Shown in pieces: positions 48,552 to 57,062 of a DNA stretch of 64,000 bases. Position numbers and translations under genes: made by a program. Every line of letters starts with the position of its first letter. Positions within the stretch are counted from its first letter, which is position 1. This DNA is from Vulcanimicrobiaceae bacterium (GTDB taxonomy: Bacteria > Vulcanimicrobiota > Vulcanimicrobiia > Vulcanimicrobiales > Vulcanimicrobiaceae), in assembly GCA_036489885.1 (NCBI GenBank), contig DASXEW010000002.1:32111-96110 (forward strand). Reading direction: 5' to 3'. The notes under the pieces are model-generated. The model did not search any database and was not told the origin of the DNA. It worked only from the letters and a program-made list of their open reading frames with translations.

Positions 48552-49795
48552 ACGATATTCCGGGCCCGCGCTCGCGTGAGCTTGCGGAGCGGCTGCGTGC
48601 GCACGAATCACGAGGAGTTACGTTTCTCGCCGATGATTTCCCGATTTTTTGGGAATCCGCAGACGGCGCGCTCGTCACCGACGTGGACGGCAATCAATTC
48701 ATCGACCTGACTTCCGCCTTCGGCGTCGCAACCGCGGGACACACGAATCGACGCGTCCATGAAGCGATCGTGGCGCAATCCGAAAAGCTCGTCCACGGTC
48801 TCGGCGACGTGCATCCCAATCGCATGCGCGTCGAGCTGCTCGAGAAACTGGCTACGCTCGCGCCCGGTGAGCTTTCCGTCAGCTACCTGTGCAGCAGCGG
48901 CTCGGAAGCGATCGACTTTGCGCTCAAGACCGCTTATCTGCGCAACAAGCGGCCCGGCATTCTCGCGTTCACGGGCGCCTACCACGGGCTGACGTCGAGT
49001 GCCCTCGCCGTTACGGGAATCGAGCGATTCCGCGAACCCTTTGCGCCTTTCATTCGCGGCGACGTTCGCTTTGGGCCGTTCCCGACGCCGCTGCACACGA
49101 TGGAGATGGAGTTTCGCGCCTACAAGATCGGTACGGTTATCGTCGAGCCGATCCAAGGACGCGCCGGCGTCATCGTGCCGCCTCGCGGCTGGCTTGCAGG
49201 CGTACGCGCCATGTGCGATCTCTACGGCGCCACGCTGATCTTCGACGAAATCTACACAGGTTTCGGCCGGACCGGGAAAATGTTTGCCTGCGAGTACGAG
49301 GACGTCGTCCCCGATCTGTTGTGCGTCGGCAAAGCAATCGCCAACGGCGTACCGCTGGCGGCGGTGATCGGAACGCGCAAAGCGATGGACGCGTGGGAAG
49401 CCTCGCGTGGCGAAGCGCTTCACACCTCGACATATCTCGGTAATCCCCTCGCCTGCGCCGCCGCGCTTGCGAACATCACAGACATCGAACAGGAAGGACT
49501 CGTCGAACGCGCCGCAACGCTCGGTGCAAAACTCGGGACGCGATTACGCGAGCTGTCGGGGCGTACGCCGCTCGTCTCGGCCGTACGCGGGCGTGGGATG
49601 CTGTGGGGACTTGCGCTTCCGAGTCCCGAGCTCACGTTTGCAATCACGAAGGCCGCACTCCGGCTTGGGACGATCGTGCTTCCGTCGGGCGTACGCGGCG
49701 ACGTCATCACGCTTGCGCCACCGGTGACAATCGATGAAGGACAGCTGATGCACGCGGTCGATCTTCTCGAACAGGCAATCTTGAAGAGCACGTAA
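48548..49795 (+). CDS. class-III (omega/GABA/acetylornithine-type) PLP aminotransferase
   Basis: The GTG at 48548 overlaps the LuxC-like stop (GTGA). SGSEAIDFALK, DEIYTGFGRTG and VGKAIANG (PLP Lys) motifs. Confidence 0.85.
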   Translation: MNDIPGPRSRELAERLRAHESRGVTFLADDFPIFWESADGALVTDVDGNQFIDLTSAFGVATAGHTNRRVHEAIVAQSEKLVHGLGDVHPNRMRVELLEKLATLAPGELSVSYLCSSGSEAIDFALKTAYLRNKRPGILAFTGAYHGLTSSALAVTGIERFREPFAPFIRGDVRFGPFPTPLHTMEMEFRAYKIGTVIVEPIQGRAGVIVPPRGWLAGVRAMCDLYGATLIFDEIYTGFGRTGKMFACEYEDVVPDLLCVGKAIANGVPLAAVIGTRKAMDAWEASRGEALHTSTYLGNPLACAAALANITDIEQEGLVERAATLGAKLGTRLRELSGRTPLVSAVRGRGMLWGLALPSPELTFAITKAALRLGTIVLPSGVRGDVITLAPPVTIDEGQLMHAVDLLEQAILKST

Positions 49796-49896
49796 CGTGA
49801 AATCAACCATCAGGAAAGACCCTCACATGTTGTTCCTAGGCCGGCGCGCCCATTACTACGCTTTCGAAATGGACATGGGCCGAGGGCCAATGGGGG

Positions 49897-49919
49897 CCCC
49901 GCGCGCGCAGCGCGCGGGG
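49897..49919 (+). other. perfect 10-bp GC hairpin (CCCCGCGCGC-GCA-GCGCGCGGGG)
   Basis: It lies in the 156-nt spacer after the aminotransferase gene. No U-tract follows, so terminator function is uncertain. Confidence 0.45.
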
Positions 49920-49951
49920 GCGCGGAGCCTGGGGCGGAGCGCCTTTAAAAC

Positions 49952-50980
49952 ATGATTCGCGTTGGTATCGTAGGATCAGGTTTCGGGGGAGTCGTTCACG
50001 CACCGGCCTTTCACGCACACGATGCTTTCGAGCTGGTCGCGATTGCGTCGCCGAACAACGCCGAAGCGGTTGCCAAGGAGCGCAAGATTCGCAGCGCCTT
50101 CGGCTCGCTCGAGGCGATGCTCGACGGCGTAGAACTCGACGCAGTTTCGATCTCCACGCCGCCTTTTGCGCACCGCGAGGCGGTCTTACTCGCGCTCTCC
50201 CGCGGCAAGCACGTACTCTGCGAAAAGCCGCTGGCGCGAACGGTCGCCGAAGCCGAAGAGATGGTTGCAGCTGCAAACAAGTCCGAAAAGGCCACCGGAA
50301 TCGGATTCGAGTTTCGGTTCGATCCGTCACGTCAGGCACTTAAAGAGCTCATCGCCAACAATCATCTGGGGCCGCTGCGCGAGATCGAGTTCACGCATCT
50401 CACCACGATGCTGCGCCGGGATGCCGACAAGAAACGCGGCTGGTGGTTCGAGTACTCCCGTGGCGGCGGGATCATTCAGGCTGTCGGCTCGCACATGATC
50501 GACAGCGTCACGTGGCTCGCCGGACGTCCGCCGCGTTCTTATACCGGCTTCTCTCGCACAGCCAACGTCACGCGCAAGGACAATCAAGGTGCGTTCACGA
50601 GCAACGTCGCGGACGGCATGTTCGTGCTACTCGAGTACGGCGACGGCCTCGTCGGCCGGATCGCGCTCGACGCCACCAACGTCGTCAATAGCTCGACACT
50701 CGCAGTTTACGGTGAAGATCGTACGGCCGCAGCCAGCGGCGACTCCTTGGCATGGTCGAAGCTCTTTACGGTCGACGCAAAAGAGACGTCGGAATACGAG
50801 CTAGCTTCATCGCCGTACGACCAGCTCAAAACCGCCCAGCCGAACGTGCCGCTCGTCCTCCGGATGCTTGACCAATTCGCCGCAAAGATCGAAGGCAAGC
50901 CAAACACCTTGCCGACATTCGAAGACGGCTTGCTCGTGCAGCGCGTTATGGCCGCAGTAGGGTACGAGGCTAGTAAATAG
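49952..50980 (+). CDS. Gfo/Idh/MocA-family NAD(P)-dependent oxidoreductase
   Basis: MIRVGIVGSGFGG Rossmann start and EKPLA motif, 342 aa. Confidence 0.85.
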   Translation: MIRVGIVGSGFGGVVHAPAFHAHDAFELVAIASPNNAEAVAKERKIRSAFGSLEAMLDGVELDAVSISTPPFAHREAVLLALSRGKHVLCEKPLARTVAEAEEMVAAANKSEKATGIGFEFRFDPSRQALKELIANNHLGPLREIEFTHLTTMLRRDADKKRGWWFEYSRGGGIIQAVGSHMIDSVTWLAGRPPRSYTGFSRTANVTRKDNQGAFTSNVADGMFVLLEYGDGLVGRIALDATNVVNSSTLAVYGEDRTAAASGDSLAWSKLFTVDAKETSEYELASSPYDQLKTAQPNVPLVLRMLDQFAAKIEGKPNTLPTFEDGLLVQRVMAAVGYEASK

Positions 50981-51992
50981 AGTCGAAGCCGCTTTGCGAA
51001 GCGTGCGACTCTTCGAGGATCGTCATCCAGGCGATATTGTAGCTGCGTGGATGCAGCAGCCGCGTCGGATCGCCGAGCGGAATCTTCTGCAGCATGTCGT
51101 CGATCGATTCGAGCACCGTCACTGAGGGCGTGAACCCGAGCCGCGAGGTCATCTTGGTGTTCGTCATGCGGTAGTCGCGAACGATCTTCGGAAGCCCCGT
51201 CTCTTGCAGCTCGACGCGATGGCTCGCAAGCTTCATTTCCAGCGAGCCTTTGACGAGCATCGCAAGCTCCCGGATCTGATAATTCTCTTGCATGACGTTG
51301 AATATTTCGGCGTGGACGTCGTCACGCTTCGCGAGAGAGCAAGCGATGTGCGCACGCGCGACGTCGGTGACATCGACCAGCGGACGCCACTGCCAACCGC
51401 CCCCGTGTAAGAACAGTTTTCCAAACACCGCCGCGTCTTTGACGAACGTGTTGACGACGAGATCGAAGCGCATGCGCGGGCTGAAGCCGTAAACGGTGCC
51501 TTGCCGCAAGATCACGGGCGTGAAGCTCGCATCCGCCGTCTCGAGCAGCTTCTCTTCAGCGTATTTCTTCGAAAGCGAATATGCACCGCGCGGTTTGACG
51601 TCGGCGGTCTCGTCATACGTGCCGGCCCCGATTCCATCGTAGATCGACGCGCTCGAACCGAAAATCAACCGCCCGACACCGGCACGCTTACAGGCCCGCG
51701 CAAGCTCTTCGGTAGCGACCGCGTTCATCTGCCAATTGGCTTCCGTGTTGTACTCCGCGGTCGGATCGTTCGAGAGACCAGCGAGGTGGCTGACGACGTC
51801 CACCCCCTCGAGCCAGCCGGGATCAAAGCGGCGAATATCGCCTGGAACGAACTCGACCTTCTCGAGTCCGGCCGGCATCTTGCTGCCGAAGAAAAACCGA
51901 TCGACGACGCGGACGTCGTCGCCGCGCGCAACAAGCTGACGGCAAAGCTCGAGACCGATATAGCCGGCGCCTCCGGTGACGAGTACTCTCAG
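50970..51992 (-). CDS. NAD-dependent epimerase/dehydratase (extended SDR), proposed CTG start
   Basis: (L/M)RVLVTGGAGYIG begins exactly at the CTG at 51992, which overlaps the cinA stop (CTGA) and has GAGG 7 nt upstream. The only canonical start (ATG at 52166) would add 58 Arg-rich residues out of frame over cinA. Confidence 0.75.
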   Translation of the reverse strand: MRVLVTGGAGYIGLELCRQLVARGDDVRVVDRFFFGSKMPAGLEKVEFVPGDIRRFDPGWLEGVDVVSHLAGLSNDPTAEYNTEANWQMNAVATEELARACKRAGVGRLIFGSSASIYDGIGAGTYDETADVKPRGAYSLSKKYAEEKLLETADASFTPVILRQGTVYGFSPRMRFDLVVNTFVKDAAVFGKLFLHGGGWQWRPLVDVTDVARAHIACSLAKRDDVHAEIFNVMQENYQIRELAMLVKGSLEMKLASHRVELQETGLPKIVRDYRMTNTKMTSRLGFTPSVTVLESIDDMLQKIPLGDPTRLLHPRSYNIAWMTILEESHASQSGFDSIY

Positions 51993-53281
51993 CGGCGAGC
52001 CTCGGACATGAACGGCGTAATCGGCACGCTCGCGTCGGCGCGTTCGAGATAACGCCAGATCGCGGAGAGACCGGCCATCGTCGCACGCGTTCGAATGTCG
52101 CCGCGGTCGCCGGGGAACGTGGCTCGATACGTGCGCGGCTCGCCATCGGCAATCAGTGCAAACCACACGAGACCAACCGGCTTATCTTCGGTCCCGCCGC
52201 CGGGCCCTGCGACACCCGTCGTCGCAATCGCGACGTCAGCCCCCAAACGGCGGCGCGCACCGCGAGCCATCGCGATCGCCGTCTCGACGCTTACGGCTCC
52301 GTGTTCACGCAAAATATCGGCAGGGACGTCGAGCATCGACCGCTTGACGTCGTTGTTGTACGCGACCACGCCGCCGCGGAACACATCGGATGCGCCGGGG
52401 ACGCGGACGAGCGCGTCCGAGATTGCGCCGCCGGTGCACGACTCCGCGGTCGCGATCGTCTGGCGCCGCCGGCGCAACGCGTCAATGATCTGACTTTCGA
52501 CCGTCTGGGCGTCGACGCCGTAGATACCGTAGCCGATTCGTTCACGGATCTCGCGTTCGATCGGCGCGATCATCGCTTTCGCGGCTTCGGCGGTTTCGGC
52601 TTTGGCCATGATCTTCACGTCGCAGCGTCCGCCGTGTGCGAGCACCGCGATTTTGGGATTTTCCGACGAACGAAACAGATCTTCGATGCGACGGTCGAGC
52701 TCTGACTCCGGGATCCCGATCGTGTGAATCGTCCGCGTTGTAATCGTTTGGCGCAACGCGAAGCGTTCGAGCAACCACGGGACAAGCTTGTCCATCATCA
52801 TCGCGCGCATCTCACGCGGTACTCCCGGCATGCCTGCGACGAACTTACCATCCTCACGCAATGCAATGAACCCCGGCGCAGTACCATGCGGGTTGTCGAG
52901 CACGACCCCGGGCGTCGGTAGCATCGCCTGACGCCGATTGTTATCGCTCATCGTGCGCCGCATCATCGCAAAGCGCTCCTCGATTGCGCGCAGCGATTCC
53001 TCATGCAGCTCAAGATGCGTTCCGGTTGCGGTCGCGACGGCTTCCTTCGTCAAATCGTCGACGGTTGGGCCGAGTCCGCCGGTCGTAATGACCCCATCGG
53101 CGCGATCGAGCGCTCCGCGCAACATTGCCGCCAAACGCTCGGGGTTGTCGCCGACGGAGTGCTTCGCATACACGTCGACGCCGATATCAGCCAGGGCGCT
53201 TGCCACGAACGCGGAGTTCGTATCGATCAAATGGCCGAGCAGCAGCTCCGTCCCGATGGTTACGATCTCTACCGATGCCAA
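51989..53281 (-). CDS. cinA: CinA-family protein (MoCF-binding domain plus PncC NMN deamidase domain)
   Basis: TTG at 53281 gives MASVEIVTIGTELLLG. The C-terminal domain contains ATAESCTGG. Confidence 0.85.
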   Translation of the reverse strand: MASVEIVTIGTELLLGHLIDTNSAFVASALADIGVDVYAKHSVGDNPERLAAMLRGALDRADGVITTGGLGPTVDDLTKEAVATATGTHLELHEESLRAIEERFAMMRRTMSDNNRRQAMLPTPGVVLDNPHGTAPGFIALREDGKFVAGMPGVPREMRAMMMDKLVPWLLERFALRQTITTRTIHTIGIPESELDRRIEDLFRSSENPKIAVLAHGGRCDVKIMAKAETAEAAKAMIAPIEREIRERIGYGIYGVDAQTVESQIIDALRRRRQTIATAESCTGGAISDALVRVPGASDVFRGGVVAYNNDVKRSMLDVPADILREHGAVSVETAIAMARGARRRLGADVAIATTGVAGPGGGTEDKPVGLVWFALIADGEPRTYRATFPGDRGDIRTRATMAGLSAIWRYLERADASVPITPFMSEARR

Positions 53282-53291
53282 GCAGCGCCCC

Positions 53292-53861
53292 TCACTTAAA
53301 CCAGTCGGGATAGCGTACGCTGATCTGCACGTCGAATCCCTCGGCGGCTTCGCGGCCCGCCGCCTTTCGCGCCTCGGGATCAGCGAGCGTTCGATTCGTA
53401 TTGCGTTTTGCACGGAGAGTATCAAGAAAGCGTGCAAACTTCGCGTCGAGTACGCGCTGAATCGCTATTCTCCAGCGTTTGCTCACGGCCGGTGAGACAC
53501 CGCCGGTCGAAACGGTGATGCGCGCCGGGCCGGCTTTCGCAACTGCCTGCATTGCGACGAAGCCGTACGCGGGCTGATCGATACAACACAACAGAAAATG
53601 GTGACGATCGGCGAGCGCACGTAATCGCGCCGAGAGCTTCCCGTCCAGCGGCGTCGAGATCACGAAGAATGCGCCGGCGACATCTTCATCGCGCAATCCG
53701 GCGGCCTCGCGAATCCAGCGCACCTTCGCGCCGGTCTCCTCGAGCGCACGCGTCTTCTCGATTGCTTCGCGATCGTCAGCCGCACCGATGACGACGCACT
53801 CGCGTCCCTCGAGGTTCAACCCGACCGGAAAAAACGCGGGCGGTAGCGGATCGCGATTAAT
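53292..53861 (-). CDS. siroheme-synthase N-terminal-domain-like protein (SirC/Met8 family; degenerate NAD loop)
   Basis: FFPVGLNLEGRECVVIGAADD and ITVSTGGVSPAVSKRWR motifs. The start is either the ATT at 53861 (overlapping the nadE TAA) or the TTG at 53819, which would remove the FFPVG segment. Confidence 0.55.
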   Translation of the reverse strand: MNRDPLPPAFFPVGLNLEGRECVVIGAADDREAIEKTRALEETGAKVRWIREAAGLRDEDVAGAFFVISTPLDGKLSARLRALADRHHFLLCCIDQPAYGFVAMQAVAKAGPARITVSTGGVSPAVSKRWRIAIQRVLDAKFARFLDTLRAKRNTNRTLADPEARKAAGREAAEGFDVQISVRYPDWFK

Positions 53862-54711
53862 AGTCGACCGGCCGCAGATAAAACTCGTTGATCGCAGTGC
53901 TGCTGAGCATCGCGGTCGTCGGTAAGTGCCGTTTCCAATGCGTCGAGTCAACGCGCTTGCGCACGATACGGACTTCTTCGGGCGCAAGTCCCATGCGCAC
54001 GATCTGTTCGTCGTCGAAACCTTGAAGCATCGCAGCCAGGATCGCATCCGCTTTGCGATACGTGATCCCCAGATCGCCTTCGTCCGTTTGATCGGCCTCG
54101 AGATCGGCGCTTGGCGCCTTGTCGACGATCGGCAGCGGAACGCCGAGGTAGCGCGCCAGATCCCAGACTTGGGTCTTGAACAAGTCACCGATCGGGTTGA
54201 CCGGCGGCGTATCGTCAGCGTGCCACGTGAAATAGCCCATCATGCGTTCGGTTTTGTTGCCGGTTCCGATCGGCAGCGCGCCGAGTTTCGCGGATTGATC
54301 GAACAACACGACCATGCGAACGCGCGCCATCACGTTGCCGGCCCGGCGCGCGTCGACGCCGGGTTCGAACTGCAGGTAGCCGTCGACGGCTGCCGTGATC
54401 TCGATCGTGCGCTCGTTGATCCCGAGCGCATCGACGACGAGCTTCGCGTCCGCTAGAGAGGACGGACTAGACTTCTTGTACGGCATGCGGATCGCGTAGA
54501 CGTTTTCCGGTCCGAGCGCGCGCGCGCAGAGATACGCAACGCAAGCGGAGTCGACGCCGCCCGACAGACCTAAGACGGCTTTGTGAATGCCGCGCCGGCG
54601 AACGAGCTCGTCGGATAAAAATGCTTCGAGCCAACGCGCGGTCACTTCCGGATCGCTCTTGACTGCGGCATATGGATCGATCGCGGGAGCCGCAATGACG
54701 GGTAGGATCAT
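53857..54711 (-). CDS. nadE: NAD+ synthetase, synthetase domain only
   Basis: The ATG at 54711 overlaps the upstream stop (ATGA). LGLSGGVDSA PP-loop. Confidence 0.9.
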   Translation of the reverse strand: MILPVIAAPAIDPYAAVKSDPEVTARWLEAFLSDELVRRRGIHKAVLGLSGGVDSACVAYLCARALGPENVYAIRMPYKKSSPSSLADAKLVVDALGINERTIEITAAVDGYLQFEPGVDARRAGNVMARVRMVVLFDQSAKLGALPIGTGNKTERMMGYFTWHADDTPPVNPIGDLFKTQVWDLARYLGVPLPIVDKAPSADLEADQTDEGDLGITYRKADAILAAMLQGFDDEQIVRMGLAPEEVRIVRKRVDSTHWKRHLPTTAMLSSTAINEFYLRPVDY

Positions 54712-55601
54712 CGGCGCATCTCGCTTGGGATCTCTCCCGCGCTCGGGTTCTCGAGCTCCGCAAGCAGATCCGGGAGCACCGCATGCAAATCGCCGAGCAA
54801 AGGCAGGCCGGCACGCGCCACGTCGATCTCCGCGAGATCGATCCGGGCGCGAACGATGCACGCTTCGAGCGCGCCCGCCGAGACGATCACCTCACCGCGA
54901 GGACCGATAATCTGCGAGCTTCCGGTCATTCCCTTGCCGCCCTCGAAGCCGGCCAATCCCGCGTAGATGATGAAGACACCGTGTTCGCTCGCATAATTTT
55001 GCAAGAGCGAACGCCAACGTCCGATGCTCTCCAGTTCCCCCGGCGTCCCGATGCCGCGCCCGGGCGATGCGCTCGGAATCAGAAAAACCCGCGCGCCCTT
55101 GACCGCCGCAATCGTCGGGACGATGCCGTGCCAAGCGTCCTCGCAAATCATGATCGCGGCGCGGCCGAATGCCGTCCCAAACGTCTCGAGGCGTCTTCCT
55201 CTTGAATGAAAACGCTCTTCGTCGAAGACCCCATAGGTCGGCAAAAAGAGCTTACGATGAACGTGAACGATCTGCGCCGCCCCGGACGGATCAAGCTTCG
55301 CATAGACGGCGCTGTTGTAATACGTGCCTTCGTCGTTTTCGAAGAAACCGCTGACGATCTCGACCGGCTTGCGCGCACCCGAAGCCCGCCATGCGGCACC
55401 CAGCCTGCGTGCAAACGCCGCCGCGGTCTCGGCGAGTTCGTAAACGCCGCCTTCGAGGAAATACCCGGTCAATGCAGCTTCCGGGAGGGCGACGAGATCC
55501 GGCGGATCTTCGTGCAGCTGTTTGAACGCGTCGATCAAATCCCGAACGTTTGCGTCGCGATCGCCTTTGCGCGGCTTTGTTTGAATGATTGCGATTTTCA
55601 A
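54708..55601 (-). CDS. carbon-nitrogen hydrolase (nitrilase superfamily), probable glutaminase partner of NadE
   Basis: TTG start. Glu-Lys-Cys triad context (LPEAAL, HRKLFLP, ICEDAWH). Confidence 0.8.
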   Translation of the reverse strand: MKIAIIQTKPRKGDRDANVRDLIDAFKQLHEDPPDLVALPEAALTGYFLEGGVYELAETAAAFARRLGAAWRASGARKPVEIVSGFFENDEGTYYNSAVYAKLDPSGAAQIVHVHRKLFLPTYGVFDEERFHSRGRRLETFGTAFGRAAIMICEDAWHGIVPTIAAVKGARVFLIPSASPGRGIGTPGELESIGRWRSLLQNYASEHGVFIIYAGLAGFEGGKGMTGSSQIIGPRGEVIVSAGALEACIVRARIDLAEIDVARAGLPLLGDLHAVLPDLLAELENPSAGEIPSEMRR

Positions 55602-57031
55602 GGCACGGCCGCTGCCAAGGGAAGGTCACCACGCTGCGCCGCCATGCGCGTGCCTTCGATACGAACGACGAGCTCTTCCGCCGGATAAGTGAGAATCTCG
55701 GCAAGCGTCGGGTGCAGATGCGGGATACGTACGAAATCGAAGACCGTTGCATGGAAGTGCATCGCAGCTATCGCTTCGTGAATCAAGTCGGACGCTTCGG
55801 GTCCGAGAATCTGCACGCCCAGGATGTAGCCGTCTTCGGGGTCGGCCAGCATCTTCACGAATCCTTTGGTTTTACCGATCGAGATCGCCTTACCATGATC
55901 GCTGAACGGATAGGTTGCTTTCAAGTATTTTCGATTCGCCGCGGTAAGCCGCTGTTCGGTTTCACCCGCAACCGCAATCTGCGGATCGCTGAAGATCGTG
56001 TGTGCTTTCGAAAGTGAATAGTCGATCGCTTCACGGGTTCCACGCAGCGCATTACGCGCCGCGATCTCACCTTGCTGAATCGCAACGTGTACGAGCGGGA
56101 AAAGCCCCGTGACGTCGCCGACCGCAAAGACGTGCGGGTTCGACGTGCGCAGAGTCGCATCGACTTCTATTCCTGAGATCGGATGCGCCTTTATGCCGGC
56201 TCGCTCGAGCGCAAGCCCCGCGGTGTTCGGTACACGGCCGAGCGCATAGAAAATCTCTTCGGCCTCAATCGCGTGTTCTTCGCCGCCCTTGCGATACACG
56301 ACGCGCTTGAGGTTGCCGTTCCGTTCGACGCGGGCAACCGTCGCTTGGGCGACGATGCGGATCCCCTCATCACGGAGATATCCGGTCAGCGCCGTCGCGA
56401 CGTCGTCATCAACGTCGGTGAGCAGTCGCGGTTTTCGGATCACGATCGTCGTTGCGACGCCGATTCGTGAAAAGAACTGTCCTAGCTCGACGGCAACGTA
56501 TCCGCCGCCCAGAACGATCAGCGAGCCCGGTGGTCCGTTTAAATCGAGCGCCGCGTCGCTGTCGATGTAACCCGTCTCTTCGAGACCCGGGAAGATCGGC
56601 GGTGCGACAACGCTTCCGGTTGCGACGATGAAGTTCGGAGCGCGCAAAAGCGTGTCATTGCCCACTTTGAGCGCGCCTTCGTCGACGAACGACGCTGGAC
56701 CGTCGTAGAGATCGAACGTTTCGAGTCCCTCGATGCGATAGTCGGCAAAGCCCCGGATGACCTCACGCTTGCGCTCGATCATGGCGCGATAGTCGACGCG
56801 CGGCTCGGCGGAGCGGATCCCGAGCACATCGGATTCACGGATGTCGTGCATCAAATCGCCGCTGGCAATCAAGGTCTTGCTCGGCATACATCCGCTCAGG
56901 ATGCACAGGCCACCGAGCGGACCAACGTCCGCGATCGCCACACGCGCGCCGAGGTCACGCGCAGTGCGGGCCGCGGCGTACCCGCCGGAGCCGCCTCCGA
57001 TGACGACGAGGTCGTAATTGTGTTCGGTCAT
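55598..57031 (-). CDS. class-I pyridine-nucleotide-disulfide oxidoreductase (dihydrolipoyl dehydrogenase / glutathione or mercuric reductase family)
   Basis: DLVVIGGGSGG, redox disulfide CILSGCMPSK, C-terminal HPTLAE. ATG at 57031. Confidence 0.8.
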   Translation of the reverse strand: MTEHNYDLVVIGGGSGGYAAARTARDLGARVAIADVGPLGGLCILSGCMPSKTLIASGDLMHDIRESDVLGIRSAEPRVDYRAMIERKREVIRGFADYRIEGLETFDLYDGPASFVDEGALKVGNDTLLRAPNFIVATGSVVAPPIFPGLEETGYIDSDAALDLNGPPGSLIVLGGGYVAVELGQFFSRIGVATTIVIRKPRLLTDVDDDVATALTGYLRDEGIRIVAQATVARVERNGNLKRVVYRKGGEEHAIEAEEIFYALGRVPNTAGLALERAGIKAHPISGIEVDATLRTSNPHVFAVGDVTGLFPLVHVAIQQGEIAARNALRGTREAIDYSLSKAHTIFSDPQIAVAGETEQRLTAANRKYLKATYPFSDHGKAISIGKTKGFVKMLADPEDGYILGVQILGPEASDLIHEAIAAMHFHATVFDFVRIPHLHPTLAEILTYPAEELVVRIEGTRMAAQRGDLPLAAAVP

Positions 57032-57062
57032 GATCTTCTCGGGGCCGGCAGCCCGCGAGCGT

